Shown here: positions 1-9,848 of the stretch, in pieces
Numbering within the stretch: position 1 is the stretch's first letter
Layout of the letters: the number at the start of each line of letters is the position of its first letter
Source of the DNA: a virus
Strand: one strand, 5' to 3'
DNA: 64,000 nucleotides
Virus record (IMG/VR): IMGVR_UViG_3300025941_000016
Span: 1 to 64,000 of that record
Made by a program: the position numbers and the translations under genes
Notes under the pieces: model-generated
Databases searched by the model: none
The model's input: only the letters and a program-made list of their open reading frames with translations
What the model was told of the DNA's origin: nothing

Positions 1-126
1 GTCGTCTGTTTGACGGCCGTCCGAGTCGAACACGATCACCGCATCTGGGCTGGCCCCGGCGTCAAGCAGACGACCCGACCAGACATGCAGGTCGTACAGC
101 GAGACCATGCGTCGTTCATCAGCCAT
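1..126 (-). CDS. Hypothetical protein, partial (runs off the left edge)
   Basis: ATG at 126 overlaps the end of the upstream gene; open frame MADERRMVSLYDLHVWSGRLL... to the edge. Confidence 0.5.
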   Translation of the reverse strand, partial: MADERRMVSLYDLHVWSGRLLDAGASPDAVIVFDSDGRQTDD

Positions 127-949
127 CAGTCGCCTCACCCTTCGCCCATGCGCGTTGGTGCGCCTCCACGAGGTACCGGTCGACCGCCTGCCTGTCCGGG
201 CGGTCCCGCACCGGTAGCGACATCGGGCCATCCAACAACTCGACCAGCCGTGCCCGAGCCTCGTCGATTAGCCGCCGGGCTTCCTTCTGGGATACCTCGC
301 CGCGGCGCACGGCCAGAACCGTGGACCGGTCTGGCTCGGCCATCGGTAGGGCGAGACGCCCCGTCGTCAGCAGCTCGACCCCTTGCAAGCCCAGTCGCAG
401 GGCATGCGAGCCATATTTCACGTCCCACCCATGGGCGGCGATCAGCTCGGGGCGCTTCGGCAACCGGTTCTGCTTGCCGCCGCCGTCCATCCTGATTCGC
501 TGCTGCGTCAGGTAGCCGAGAAATTTCACCCCAGCGGCACGGGACACTACGAGTGGTGCGAGCGCCCGGAGCAGGTCTCCTTCACCCGTTCGGACAACCA
601 GCGACTCATCGGGAGCGAAGAACAGGGCGAGGATCGTCGGGTTCCCCTGCGTCGCCAGCGACAGGAACCGGCGCAGCGTGTAGATCGTCCGGTCAATGTC
701 GCCCGGTCCGGAGCGCACGCCCTCCGGTTGAGTCCGCCACGTGAAAGTGTCCGCCTCCGAAAGGCCGAGTACATGTGCGGCACCGGGGATGTAGACGCCC
801 ATCTCATCTGTATCGTCTTGGCCGCCCACTGCGAGGCCGTGCAGCTTCGACCCAACGACTGCACGCACAATCTCGCCGTGGTAGGCCAGATCACCCGGGC
901 CGTAGTTCACGTTCCCCGGCTTCACCTCAGTCGTCTCGATCAGTCCCAT
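119..949 (-). CDS. Pol-beta superfamily nucleotidyltransferase (RlaP/YcgL-like)
   Basis: VVGSKLHGL...DDTDEMGVY (GS + DxD), GNPTILALFF and DVKYGSHALRL motifs. Confidence 0.85.
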   Translation of the reverse strand: MGLIETTEVKPGNVNYGPGDLAYHGEIVRAVVGSKLHGLAVGGQDDTDEMGVYIPGAAHVLGLSEADTFTWRTQPEGVRSGPGDIDRTIYTLRRFLSLATQGNPTILALFFAPDESLVVRTGEGDLLRALAPLVVSRAAGVKFLGYLTQQRIRMDGGGKQNRLPKRPELIAAHGWDVKYGSHALRLGLQGVELLTTGRLALPMAEPDRSTVLAVRRGEVSQKEARRLIDEARARLVELLDGPMSLPVRDRPDRQAVDRYLVEAHQRAWAKGEATDG

Positions 950-1299
950 GCCCGTACCTTCCTCAGCCGGTAGGCGGCCTGCGCCAGCGCATCAGCCAGC
1001 CAATCGTTGGTCCCTGGGATCTCGTCGTTGAGGGCTCGTTCCCAGTCCTTGAGCAGCCGGTAGAGCGCCCGCAAGTTCTCCGGCGTGCCTGCGGCCGTCT
1101 CCGCGGCGAGGTCAGGTGGTTCGCCGGTCTCCCAGCCGGAAACGCGGCGCCAAACGTGCTCAACCTCGGCGCCGTGCTCGTACTTGCAGGTACCGTTGGC
1201 GTTGACCGGCGCAGCCGCGATCCCACCGTTGCCTGTCAGCTCCTGAAAGTCGGCATCGGCCCAGCGGTGCGCCCACTCGATCCGCGACGTCTCAGCCAT
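940..1299 (-). CDS. Hypothetical protein
   Basis: Overlaps neighbouring genes in the operon; RBS GGAG. Confidence 0.6.
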   Translation of the reverse strand: MAETSRIEWAHRWADADFQELTGNGGIAAAPVNANGTCKYEHGAEVEHVWRRVSGWETGEPPDLAAETAAGTPENLRALYRLLKDWERALNDEIPGTNDWLADALAQAAYRLRKVRAWD

Positions 1300-1585
1300 C
1301 CTGGACTCCGTTCAGATTGTCCGGCGGGTCCAGGCCGACCAGCTCCCAGCCTGCCTCGGTTGCGATCTCCGCCATGACCGCCACCGGTCGGGATGTCAGG
1401 TCAAGGCCGTAGAGGATCGTCTCCGCATGGCGGGTCGACGTGGTCAAGGTCAGGCCAGTGACTGTCGAGCCCAGCTCGGTCCGCCACGCCAGGCGGACGG
1501 CTGCACATGCCAGCAGACCAACCCGCCGGCCCACCTCGAACACGGTGTGGGCGCGGCGGACCGACGCAGATAGAAGGTCAGGCAT
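1292..1585 (-). CDS. Hypothetical protein
   Basis: Coupled within the minus-strand operon. Confidence 0.6.
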   Translation of the reverse strand: MPDLLSASVRRAHTVFEVGRRVGLLACAAVRLAWRTELGSTVTGLTLTTSTRHAETILYGLDLTSRPVAVMAEIATEAGWELVGLDPPDNLNGVQDG

Positions 1586-1853
1586 CGGAAAGCCCCTCGC
1601 GGTAGCCGGCGAAGAACGCCGACGCCTCCGGCGGCAAAGTGACCAGCGGGGCGTCCAGTCGGCAGGCCGGACACGTGACCAGGCTTGGCAGGTTCGGGCC
1701 AGCCGGGTCGGGAAACTCCCAGCCGAACCGTCCCAGATGTTCCACCGCAGCCGCCCGGGAGGTGAACTGTCCGTCGTCCAAGTCGAAGTCCGAGGGGGTC
1801 TGGCCGCAGTTGTCGCAGACTGGCAGCAAGTAGGTGACCGTCTCGAAGGGCAT
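1578..1853 (-). CDS. Small zinc-finger protein
   Basis: CDNC...CPAC pairs; TGATG coupling. Confidence 0.65.
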   Translation of the reverse strand: MPFETVTYLLPVCDNCGQTPSDFDLDDGQFTSRAAAVEHLGRFGWEFPDPAGPNLPSLVTCPACRLDAPLVTLPPEASAFFAGYREGLSDA

Positions 1854-2644
1854 CAGACCACCGCCTCAACCCGGAGGTCTGGCAACTGCTGGATGCGCAG
1901 ATCAGCAGGCCACAGTGACGGCTTCTGGCCGGCGCTCACGCCCTTACCTCGGTGGCCTGATGACCGGGCCCAGCGGGTGCCGAGCTGCTTCACCCACAGC
2001 AGCACGTCGGCCTCGGCACACTGGTCCCGCACCGACCGCATCCAATCCACCTCACACAGCCGGGCCCGCGCGCCGGACTCGCCGCCCGTTATGGCCCAGT
2101 CGATGCCGTCAAGATCCAGCCGAACCGGCTCCAGCAACGGCTCCACCGACAGGAACCGCACCGCCGCCGGCAGCATCCGCAGGACGGGAATCCGCTCGTC
2201 GGCGCGACGCTGATCCTCGACACTCGCGCCGATCCACACATTCGACGGCCAGACGTCCACCCACGGGACCATGGCGGCCGCGTTCTCGGGCCGCTTGGTC
2301 AGAAGCTGCCAGACCAGCCACGGCGTCTCGTCGATCAGGCTCCATAGGCGATCACGGGAGGCGTCCAGGTCGCGGCGATCCTCGAAGACATCGGCCATCG
2401 AGGCACAGAAGACCAGCGCCGGGCGACCCGCGGCATCCGCCTCCCGGTTCCAGCGGACCGGGTTCCGCCACGTCGCATCCGACATCGGACGCCGCTCCCC
2501 ATGCCGGCGCCACAGCCGCTCGTTGCCCCAGCGGGACGCCACACTGTCCGCGTAACACATCCTGCACCCCGGGGAAATGCGGGCACAGCCCCACCAGGGC
2601 GAAAACGTGTGGTCCGTCCAACTGATCGCCGAGTTCGCGGTCAT
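1853..2644 (-). CDS. DUF5131 / phage Gp37-Gp68 family protein (radical-SAM-like)
   Basis: SAISWTDHTFSPWWGCARISPGCRMCYA, VFCASMADVF, LLTKRP, FLSVEPLL, WAITGGESG, VKQLG; ATGA coupling at 2641-2644. Confidence 0.92.
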   Translation of the reverse strand: MTANSAISWTDHTFSPWWGCARISPGCRMCYADSVASRWGNERLWRRHGERRPMSDATWRNPVRWNREADAAGRPALVFCASMADVFEDRRDLDASRDRLWSLIDETPWLVWQLLTKRPENAAAMVPWVDVWPSNVWIGASVEDQRRADERIPVLRMLPAAVRFLSVEPLLEPVRLDLDGIDWAITGGESGARARLCEVDWMRSVRDQCAEADVLLWVKQLGTRWARSSGHRGKGVSAGQKPSLWPADLRIQQLPDLRVEAVV

Positions 2645-3108
2645 TCGCACATCACCTCCGGCACGGGCAGCGCTTCGCCATAGACGGCCCGGACCATCTC
2701 GGCAAGAGCGTCCACCAGCCCAGTCGGCAGATCACTACGACATTCAGGTCCCACGCCGTACGTCTTGCTGCGATCGTCCGTAAGACAACGACCGCAGCAC
2801 GCACAGCGGATCGCCAGCGCGGCGAATCGCCCTGCCGCGCGGTTCGGATCGGCGACAATCACTTCATTCGCGGTCCGAGCCGCCGCGGCCACCCGGGCGT
2901 AGTGGGCGTTGACAAACGCCCGACGCTCCGGCGTGCCCTTCCGCAGACCGGACGGAACATCCTTCGACCAGAGCACGCCCCACTTCGAGCGGCGCGGCGG
3001 CCACGGCTTCACCGTGGCGCTGTTCTTCGGTCGGTACCAGTAGGACATCTTCGACTCGTCGAGCGGGTCCGGGATCGCGAAGTAGTCCGGAGCGGTCTTG
3101 GCGGCCAT
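2641..3108 (-). CDS. DUF6011-domain protein
   Basis: CACCGRCLTDDRSKTYGVGPEC matches the CxxCGRxLTDxxSxxxGxGPxC signature. Confidence 0.8.
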   Translation of the reverse strand: MAAKTAPDYFAIPDPLDESKMSYWYRPKNSATVKPWPPRRSKWGVLWSKDVPSGLRKGTPERRAFVNAHYARVAAAARTANEVIVADPNRAAGRFAALAIRCACCGRCLTDDRSKTYGVGPECRSDLPTGLVDALAEMVRAVYGEALPVPEVMCE

Positions 3109-3509
3109 CAGACGTCGCCCCCAGCATCGGGAAGAACCACCCGAACCGTCATCTCAAGGCGGGTACCCGGAGGGAAGTCGGCGGCCACCGCATACCAACC
3201 CTCACCAGAGACACGGACATGACCGACATCCTCGCTGTTGGGCAGAACGAACCGCATCGGGCCGACCTTGCCCACAAAGCCAGGCAGGAGTTCCGAGACA
3301 ACCAGCGTCGTCGTATGCGCAGGAAGATCCGGAGACACGCGGGCACGTCTGTGGTCTTGGCACAGCCAGGTATCCCGATCGGCCAGCATCTTCGCGTTAT
3401 CCCCACCGAGCGCCGCAGGCCACCGGAAGGTCTCAGAACATCCGGGGAAGGTGCAGCGGTACACGATGTAGTGCGGGGAACGGCTACCCATCAGCCGGCC
3501 CTCTGCCAT
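3108..3509 (-). CDS. Hypothetical protein (Cys/His-containing)
   Basis: CTFPGC...CQDH; coupled to neighbours. Confidence 0.6.
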   Translation of the reverse strand: MAEGRLMGSRSPHYIVYRCTFPGCSETFRWPAALGGDNAKMLADRDTWLCQDHRRARVSPDLPAHTTTLVVSELLPGFVGKVGPMRFVLPNSEDVGHVRVSGEGWYAVAADFPPGTRLEMTVRVVLPDAGGDV

Positions 3510-3916
3510 TCGTCGCCGTCGAGCAGCACCGGCGAGCCCGGAAGCGACGCCACCTCACCCCACGGCTCGGGCTCGGCGGCCGGCTCCGGCTGGGCCTCGA
3601 CCATCGGGGCCACGTACTCCCAGATCGGCCGCTCCATCTCCTTGCCGATACTGAAACGCCACAGGCGAAGCTGCTGGATCACAGCCGTCTTCGACGGGGT
3701 AAGCCCGGCGCCGAGCATCTGGGCGACAGCCTTCCGCGCAGCCTCCAACATGATGTCCGGGATGGGAACACCATCCGGGGTCTTTGGGATCGACGCCTCA
3801 ACCAGCTTCACCAGATCGGCGAGGTCAACGCGGATCGCCTTGCCTTCGGCCACGTGGGCGTCATAGCGGGCAGCCAGACGGCGCACAGCGGCGAGAACAT
3901 CGGGTGTGTCAGCCAT
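3491..3916 (-). CDS. Hypothetical protein
   Basis: RBS GGGGGA upstream of ATG; operon position. Confidence 0.6.
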   Translation of the reverse strand: MADTPDVLAAVRRLAARYDAHVAEGKAIRVDLADLVKLVEASIPKTPDGVPIPDIMLEAARKAVAQMLGAGLTPSKTAVIQQLRLWRFSIGKEMERPIWEYVAPMVEAQPEPAAEPEPWGEVASLPGSPVLLDGDEWQRAG

Positions 3917-3931
3917 CGTCGTCCCCCCGAT

Positions 3932-4468
3932 CTAGAAAGGTGGCTCATTCGAGTACGACCCCGCGCCGGCTGGTGCCGGCTGCGACCACGGATCGTCCGC
4001 GGGTGCCTGGCCCTGACCGCCATAGCCCTGCGGCGCCTGCTGCTGGCCGTAGCCCTGCTGGGGAGCCTGCTGGCCATAACCAGAGCCCTGACCCGGGCCG
4101 CCACGGTCCGCCTTCTGCACCTTCGCCGTCGCGAACCGAAGCTCAGGACCGATCGCCTGCACATCCAACTCAGTCGAAGTCCGCTTCTCGCCTTCCCGCG
4201 TCTCATACGGCCGCATCTTTAGATTCCCCTGGGCGATGACCCGCGTGCCCTTCTGAAGCGACTCGGCGCAGTGCTCCGCAAGGTCCCGCCACACGCTGCA
4301 CCGGAGGAACAGCGGAGGCTCGTCCTTCCACTGGTTCGCCTGCCGGTCGAACGTCCGCGCGTTCGACGCGATGGTGAAGTTACACACGGCGTTTCCGTTC
4401 GGCAGGAATTTGACCTCCGGATCGGCGGTCAGCGTGCCGACCACGGTGATGCTCGTTTCTCCGGCCAT
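3932..4468 (-). CDS. ssb: Single-stranded DNA-binding protein
   Basis: [18 protein letters not shown]...FLRCSVWR...Gly/Gln-rich tail ending DDPW...EPPF, typical actinobacterial SSB. Confidence 0.97.
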   Translation of the reverse strand: MAGETSITVVGTLTADPEVKFLPNGNAVCNFTIASNARTFDRQANQWKDEPPLFLRCSVWRDLAEHCAESLQKGTRVIAQGNLKMRPYETREGEKRTSTELDVQAIGPELRFATAKVQKADRGGPGQGSGYGQQAPQQGYGQQQAPQGYGGQGQAPADDPWSQPAPAGAGSYSNEPPF

Positions 4469-4510
4469 CGTCCACTACCCTTCTCGTCCACTCACCTGGC
4501 CAACGCAGCC

Positions 4511-6172
4511 CTACGCTGCGCGTGTTCTGAAATAGCCGTCAACTCGCGACGAGGCGAGCTTTACCGTGATCAGATCCGAAACCTGACCGGCTGTCGCCCC
4601 ACGCGGAACCCTGATCCGCATCTTCGCCGCCGTCTCCAACTGCCTGTTCGACGGCGCCAACTCGCCCCGCCACCGCGCATCCCGCATCGACGACCGGAAC
4701 TGACCCGACATCCGATCCGCTTCCTCCGCCGCCGACTCGCCGCGGGCCATCGCATAGCCCAGATCGTTGACCTTCTGGATCAGCTTCGGCTGGTCGTCAT
4801 ACCGGCCGAACCAGCCCACCGAGTAACCCGCCCCGTTCGGCCACGGCCGCAGGAACACGAAGCCGCCGCCGGCCGGGATGAACCAGTGGCCGCCCTTCGT
4901 CCGCAGCCAGAGTCGGGTCGATTCCTCGAACAGGGACACCTCTTCGACCGCGCCATGGGTCAGCGTCTCGACCTCTTCGGGCTCCCCGCCGCCGTCGGTA
5001 CGTTCGGCTGCGTTGCCGAACTCGCGCGCGGGCCGCAGCGACAGATCCTTCAAAGTGCGGATCTTGAGGTTCTTCGCTGTTCCCACGATGTCGATGACAA
5101 GCGCGTCGGTCTTCCCCGCCCACTTGGCGGGACGCAGCACACGGCCCACCATCTGGATGTACAGCGGCTCAGACTTCGTCGGCCTGGCAATCACACAGCA
5201 CGACGCCTGCGGCGCGTCGAAGCCCTCGGTGAGGCACATGCAGTTCACAAGCACCTGCACGTCGCCCGCCTTGAACGACGCGATAACCTGCTTCCGCGAC
5301 TCGCTATCCATCTCACCCCACACCGACTCGGCGTGGATACCTGCCGCGTTCAGCGCAGCCGCAGCCTCATGCGCTGTCGCCACCGTCGGCGTGAACACGA
5401 TCCCCTGACGGTCCGACGCATGGGCGGCATAGGCAGCCGCAACATGCTTCGCGAATCCGGCGGCGGTGAGCTGTTCGCCGAGCGTCGACGCCGTGTAGTC
5501 ACCGTGGGAAGTGGCGACCTTCGAGAAGTCCAACCCTTCCAGTGGAACGACCTTGCCGCGGGGCTCAACGAGCCAGCCCCCGCGGATCATCTCCTTGATG
5601 GACCGTTCATACGCGACTTCCTGCCACACTTCGCCAAGGCCCGCGCCGTCGCCCCGAGCGAGCGTGGCCGTGAAGCCGACAGCACGAGTCGCGGCGAAGC
5701 AACCGAAGTGGTCGAGGATCGTGCGGTAGGTGTCCGCGGTCGCGTGGTGCGCTTCGTCCACGATCACCTGGGCGAAGGCGTCCCGCTCCCACGCCGTCCG
5801 GCGTCGCTCGGAAGCCAATGTCTGCACTGAGGCGACAACCGCATGGGCATCGTGGGCTCGGCGTTCCGCCATCTCGATACCGACGTGCATGTGAGGGGCG
5901 ACGTCGAGAATCTTGCTTGCGGCCTGTTCCACCAACTCCTGGCGGTGAGCGAGAATCAGCGTTCGTCCTGGCTCGCCGACTGTCAGGTGCGAGAAGCAGA
6001 CCGTCTTACCCCCACCTGTGGGCAGGATTACCGCCGGCCGCAACACGCCCCGCGCCCACGATCCACGCACCGCCTCCACAGTCTCCTGCTGGTAGGGGCG
6101 CAGCGGAAGGAGACTCGAAGACTCACCCCAGCCTTCGGAACCGAAAAGCGTGGTCCCCATGCCTGAAATCAT
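4511..6172 (-). CDS. SF2 DEAD/DEAH-box helicase (RadD/Irc3-like)
   Basis: LRPYQ, LPTGGGKT, VDEAHH, GFTAT, LTEGFD, QMVGRVLR. Confidence 0.95.
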   Translation of the reverse strand: MISGMGTTLFGSEGWGESSSLLPLRPYQQETVEAVRGSWARGVLRPAVILPTGGGKTVCFSHLTVGEPGRTLILAHRQELVEQAASKILDVAPHMHVGIEMAERRAHDAHAVVASVQTLASERRRTAWERDAFAQVIVDEAHHATADTYRTILDHFGCFAATRAVGFTATLARGDGAGLGEVWQEVAYERSIKEMIRGGWLVEPRGKVVPLEGLDFSKVATSHGDYTASTLGEQLTAAGFAKHVAAAYAAHASDRQGIVFTPTVATAHEAAAALNAAGIHAESVWGEMDSESRKQVIASFKAGDVQVLVNCMCLTEGFDAPQASCCVIARPTKSEPLYIQMVGRVLRPAKWAGKTDALVIDIVGTAKNLKIRTLKDLSLRPAREFGNAAERTDGGGEPEEVETLTHGAVEEVSLFEESTRLWLRTKGGHWFIPAGGGFVFLRPWPNGAGYSVGWFGRYDDQPKLIQKVNDLGYAMARGESAAEEADRMSGQFRSSMRDARWRGELAPSNRQLETAAKMRIRVPRGATAGQVSDLITVKLASSRVDGYFRTRAA

Positions 6173-6174
6173 AT

Positions 6175-7953
6175 CTAACCAACCTCATCCCAGGCGGGGT
6201 CTGACGGAGGATAGATGTCATAATCCTGCGGCGGTTCGTTGTTCGGGTCGGCCCTGAAAGCCTCGGCGGCAGCGTTGACCTCTAGTTCGGACCACAGCGG
6301 TTGCCACGGCCAGCGGGAACCCCACTGCATAGCCACCGGCCAACCGGACCGCTCATCGCGGTCCCCGCGGAACCGGCCGAGGGTGACCAGCTTCGCCGAG
6401 TCCGGGTGAGGCATTAGCTTGATACCGAACTCGGGCCAGCGCATCCACACGCCCGAGTTCATCGGCCGGAGGTTCCGGCCGTGATTGCCGGACTCCATCG
6501 GCGCATGGGTCTCCAACCACAGGCCGACGTCGAACCGCGAGCGAATCCCATCCAAAATTCGGGCGGTCTCCCCATTGACGGTCTCCGCCTTGCCGCCATC
6601 CTCCAAGTACGCCTTGTACAGCGGCCCGAGGCAGATCAGATCCGGTTCGGTCATCTCGCAGACCTGGTGAAGGCTTTTGAGCCCGGTCGCGGTCCGTAGG
6701 TCGATGCCGCCCGGCTGAGTCCACAGCCAGCAACGTCCGGCCTCGTAGGCACTGTCGAACTCGACCGCTTGAACGATGGACTTGGTTTTGCGGCGGATGT
6801 TGCGGGGCGGGTTCTCCAGGTCGACGATCAACGTCCTGATGGGCGGGATCTTCTCGAAGGTGAACGGGTGGACCCCTTGCGCGGCCATGATCGCGACCTG
6901 GCGGGCCATCTGCGTCTTCCCAGCTCCTTCTGGGGCGACGACGATCACGCGGTCCATCCGCTCCATCAGGTTGGGAATCAGCCAGTCGTACTCGGCCTCT
7001 GGGCTGTTCACGAACTCGTGCAGCTCGAACAGGTCTGAGATCTCCCCGTCCGGCACATCCAGGCCGCCGACCAGTTCCCGGACGAAGGTGACAGCCTGGG
7101 TGCTGTTCTTCTTCGGGTCGTTTGCCACCGCGGCGATCTGCCCGGCGAGGGCCATCAGTGCGGCCCCCATGAGCTGCCGTTCCGTCGGCATCTCGCCGGG
7201 GGGCTCTTCGGTGACCAACGGAATCAGGTCCCGAACACCGAGGCCAGCGCTGACGTGATCATGGAGGTCTTTGTGGTTCGGCGCCACCCACAGGCTCACC
7301 GAGGCGGCATGCTGAGCCACCTGTTCGGCCACCGCATGTGCGTGGATCTTGCCTGGGTCGTCGTTGTCGGCCACGACATGAACCACCGCGCCCGTGAAGA
7401 TCGACGAGTAGTCCCGACGCCACTTGCCGGCGCCCTGGGCGTTGGTCGTGGCGACGTAGCCGATCTTCTCGGCGGCGTGGACGTCCTTCTCGCCTTCGCA
7501 GATCACCACCGGGCGTCCCGCGGCGACAGCTGCGAGGACTTGGGGAAGCTTGTAGATCGGTGGCGTGACCCCACCGAGCCCCCAGACCCACTGATGGCCG
7601 TTCCAATGCTGCTGACGGAAGGTCTTCGGCAGGTAGCGAAGTACCCGGATCGCCGGATTGCCGGCCTCGTCCTCGTAGACGTAGGTCGCTACCGGTGTTC
7701 CGAGACCCTTCGTCTCGCGGGGCGGGAACAAGTCGGCCATCGTCAGCCCAACCGCGGCGACGACCGTTTCGGGTGCGCACCCCCGATGGCAGTTGATCAG
7801 GACATTGCCGTCGGGATTCTTGGAGATCGACAGGGACGGATCGCGGTCACCGTGGGCGTGGGCGTCGGTGGGGCAACGGGCAGCCCAGCCCTGCCCCGAC
7901 GCCCGTACGCCTGTGAAGCGGTCGAGGACACGGCGGGTCAGGTCGTCGGTCAC
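6175..7953 (-). CDS. Primase-helicase (Zn-binding + TOPRIM + RecA/AAA_25)
   Basis: ARCP..H.DR.PSLSI, CHRGC, ICEGEKD, VADNDDPG, APEGAGKT, VDLEN; GTG start at 7953 overlaps the upstream TGA, so the track's 8199 start is an over-extension. Confidence 0.9.
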   Translation of the reverse strand: MTDDLTRRVLDRFTGVRASGQGWAARCPTDAHAHGDRDPSLSISKNPDGNVLINCHRGCAPETVVAAVGLTMADLFPPRETKGLGTPVATYVYEDEAGNPAIRVLRYLPKTFRQQHWNGHQWVWGLGGVTPPIYKLPQVLAAVAAGRPVVICEGEKDVHAAEKIGYVATTNAQGAGKWRRDYSSIFTGAVVHVVADNDDPGKIHAHAVAEQVAQHAASVSLWVAPNHKDLHDHVSAGLGVRDLIPLVTEEPPGEMPTERQLMGAALMALAGQIAAVANDPKKNSTQAVTFVRELVGGLDVPDGEISDLFELHEFVNSPEAEYDWLIPNLMERMDRVIVVAPEGAGKTQMARQVAIMAAQGVHPFTFEKIPPIRTLIVDLENPPRNIRRKTKSIVQAVEFDSAYEAGRCWLWTQPGGIDLRTATGLKSLHQVCEMTEPDLICLGPLYKAYLEDGGKAETVNGETARILDGIRSRFDVGLWLETHAPMESGNHGRNLRPMNSGVWMRWPEFGIKLMPHPDSAKLVTLGRFRGDRDERSGWPVAMQWGSRWPWQPLWSELEVNAAAEAFRADPNNEPPQDYDIYPPSDPAWDEVG

Positions 7954-8906
7954 CGGTACACCGTCCCGGCGTCCCAACGCTGCCCGACGGCCTTCTGGGC
8001 GGGCTGGGTGCGGCCCCTGGCGTTCGGACCGACCTTGCCTTCGCGGATTTCCTTGAGCACCCAGTTCTGCCAGGTGCGGTTCCAACCCGTCGGCTCGGTC
8101 TTGGTGGCGTCCTTGCCGGTCTTGGCAATCCAGTAGTTCCGGAAGATCGTGAGCGTGAAGCGGATCTCGTCGGTGGTCAGACCCTGCTTGCGTGTCCACT
8201 CGCGGTGGCGCTCATCGGGCGTCCAGTCGGCTGGGAGGCGGATGCCCCGAGTCCGAGCGGACGTGGGGAGATGGATGACCTTGGCCTGAGAACCCTGACC
8301 ACTCCCTCCCGCGTCCTTCTTCGAGAAGCCCAGATCGTCGGGGGCGGGGGCGTTCGCGTCAGCGGCGCCCGGACGGTTTACCTCCGTAGGAGGTACTGGG
8401 TGGTTTAGCTCCGTAGGAGCTATGGATGGTTTGGGTGCCACTTTCGGCACCCCGCTCTGGCCAGAACCGGCACCCCGCTTCGCCAAAACTGGCACCCCGC
8501 TTGGGTGATCAACGGCCACTTCTGGCACCTCGTTGTGGCCACTTTCGGCACCCCGCTTGGCCACTTTCGGCACCCCGCTCTGGCCAGAACCGGCACCCCG
8601 CTTCTGGCGCTTCTGGCGCTTCTTCCGGAGATCTAGATCCCACACCACGGGTCGCTTGTCGGCCGGGTAGTCCTCCACCAATCCTTGATCGCCGCGAACG
8701 GTGATCCCGGCGTCTTCGAGGTACGCCAGCCAGCGCCTCACCGTCCGCTCGCCCATCTGCAAGTGCTCGCCGATCGTGTCCGCCGACGGGTAGGTCCCAC
8801 GCCCGCGTTCGTCGGCCCGCTCGGCGAGGTAGACCAGCACCAGACGTGCGGGCGTGCTGACACAAGGCGCCTGCTGGAGAGCCCACTCAACTGCCTCGAT
8901 GCTCAC
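7950..8906 (-). CDS. Phage replication initiator / replisome organiser (N-terminal HTH)
   Basis: MSIEAVEWALQQ...RLVLVYLAERADERGRGTYPS..TI...MGERTVRRWL; C-terminal RLPADWTP..FRNYW..W..TW.NWV (DnaT-like); internal DNA repeats. Confidence 0.8.
   Translation of the reverse strand: MSIEAVEWALQQAPCVSTPARLVLVYLAERADERGRGTYPSADTIGEHLQMGERTVRRWLAYLEDAGITVRGDQGLVEDYPADKRPVVWDLDLRKKRQKRQKRGAGSGQSGVPKVAKRGAESGHNEVPEVAVDHPSGVPVLAKRGAGSGQSGVPKVAPKPSIAPTELNHPVPPTEVNRPGAADANAPAPDDLGFSKKDAGGSGQGSQAKVIHLPTSARTRGIRLPADWTPDERHREWTRKQGLTTDEIRFTLTIFRNYWIAKTGKDATKTEPTGWNRTWQNWVLKEIREGKVGPNARGRTQPAQKAVGQRWDAGTVYR
8435..8603. repeat. Iteron array (probable replication origin)
   Basis: GGCACCCCGCT at 8446, 8469, 8491, 8547, 8569, 8592 plus a variant at 8524; spacing mostly 22-23 bp; inside the initiator gene. 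Confidence 0.75.
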
Positions 8907-9169
8907 GCGGCCTCGCTCGCCTCGTCGCCGTAGAGAATCGCCACGGCCTGCCGAGCTGGCTCGCTGGTCTCGCCAGCGAGAACGGCGATCGCAAGGCCGA
9001 TTCGCGTCGTGAGGGATTCCGCGATACAGAAGGCAGCCATGACTTGGCTGGCCTGGTCGGCGAGGTCTGACCGCGTTTCCCGGCAGTGCTCGGGCCGAAG
9101 GCACTCGGCCCTCATCGTGGGTTCGCCATAAAAGTCTGGCGCTTCGTCGCCAAAATTTGGGTCAGGCAT
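8903..9169 (-). CDS. Hypothetical protein
   Basis: GAAAGG RBS before ATG 9169; GTGA coupling downstream. Confidence 0.6.
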   Translation of the reverse strand: MPDPNFGDEAPDFYGEPTMRAECLRPEHCRETRSDLADQASQVMAAFCIAESLTTRIGLAIAVLAGETSEPARQAVAILYGDEASEAA

Positions 9170-9228
9170 GGTAGCCTTTCCATTGAGCGTCCAGTGGGAC
9201 ACCTGAGTTCCAGCTCAGGACTAACGCG

Positions 9229-9262
9229 GAAGCCCGGCCACACCCCCCGGTGGCCGGGCTTC
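9229..9262. terminator. Stem-loop, probable intrinsic terminator
   Basis: 13-bp perfect stem GAAGCCCGGCCAC / GTGGCCGGGCTTC. Confidence 0.6.
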
Positions 9263-9269
9263 TTGCTGT

Positions 9270-9791
9270 TCACGGCGGCATTGGCGCCGCCTCGTATCCG
9301 CCGTCCGCGGTCAGCAGCACCCACCTGCGATCGGCCAGCAGAACCGGCACCACAGCCGGGTCGAACTCGCGGGCGACCTGCCAACCCATGGAGTGCCGAC
9401 CCATCCCGGCATCGGCACGGAAGTGGCAGCCTGCCGAGGCGTTGGGTCCGCAGACGTCTAGCAAGTTCGTGACGTCGTGGGGTCCGCCTTGGGAGCGGCG
9501 TTTCCGGTGCTGGATTGACCGCCAGCCGGCCTGTAGCGGGATGCCGCAGATTTCGCAGCGGCCACCTGAACGGGCGTGGACGGCGGTGCGAACCTCGCGC
9601 GGTACCGGGTCGGCTGTGGGACGTCGTGGACGTTCGCGGGCGAGCTGTGTGCCTGCCGTTCTAGCGGCTGTGGTGAACGGGACGTGGGTGAGCGTCGACC
9701 ACAGCGGGCCGTCCGACTGGGCGGCTTTCTTCGCGGAGATCTGCCGCAGCGGTCCGCCGCGAGGCATGGGGGTGCGGCGTTGTAGTCCCAT
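9270..9791 (-). CDS. HNH endonuclease-like protein
   Basis: ARSGGRCEICG...QHRKRRSQGG...NLLDVCG...GCH. Confidence 0.8.
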   Translation of the reverse strand: MGLQRRTPMPRGGPLRQISAKKAAQSDGPLWSTLTHVPFTTAARTAGTQLARERPRRPTADPVPREVRTAVHARSGGRCEICGIPLQAGWRSIQHRKRRSQGGPHDVTNLLDVCGPNASAGCHFRADAGMGRHSMGWQVAREFDPAVVPVLLADRRWVLLTADGGYEAAPMPP

Positions 9792-9848
9792 CCCACCCCC
9801 TGGCCTGTGGCTGCTGTCGACCGTGTGGGGTCCAGCATGGCACATGCC

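Noticed and set aside
940-1299. Second DUF5131 gene (starts MAETSRIEW)
   Set aside because: The similarity is limited to about 9 residues and the Cys motif is absent; at most a recombination remnant.
8435-8603. CRISPR array
   Set aside because: Repeats are ~11-bp cores with ~11-bp gaps inside a coding gene; there are no unique spacers and no cas genes.
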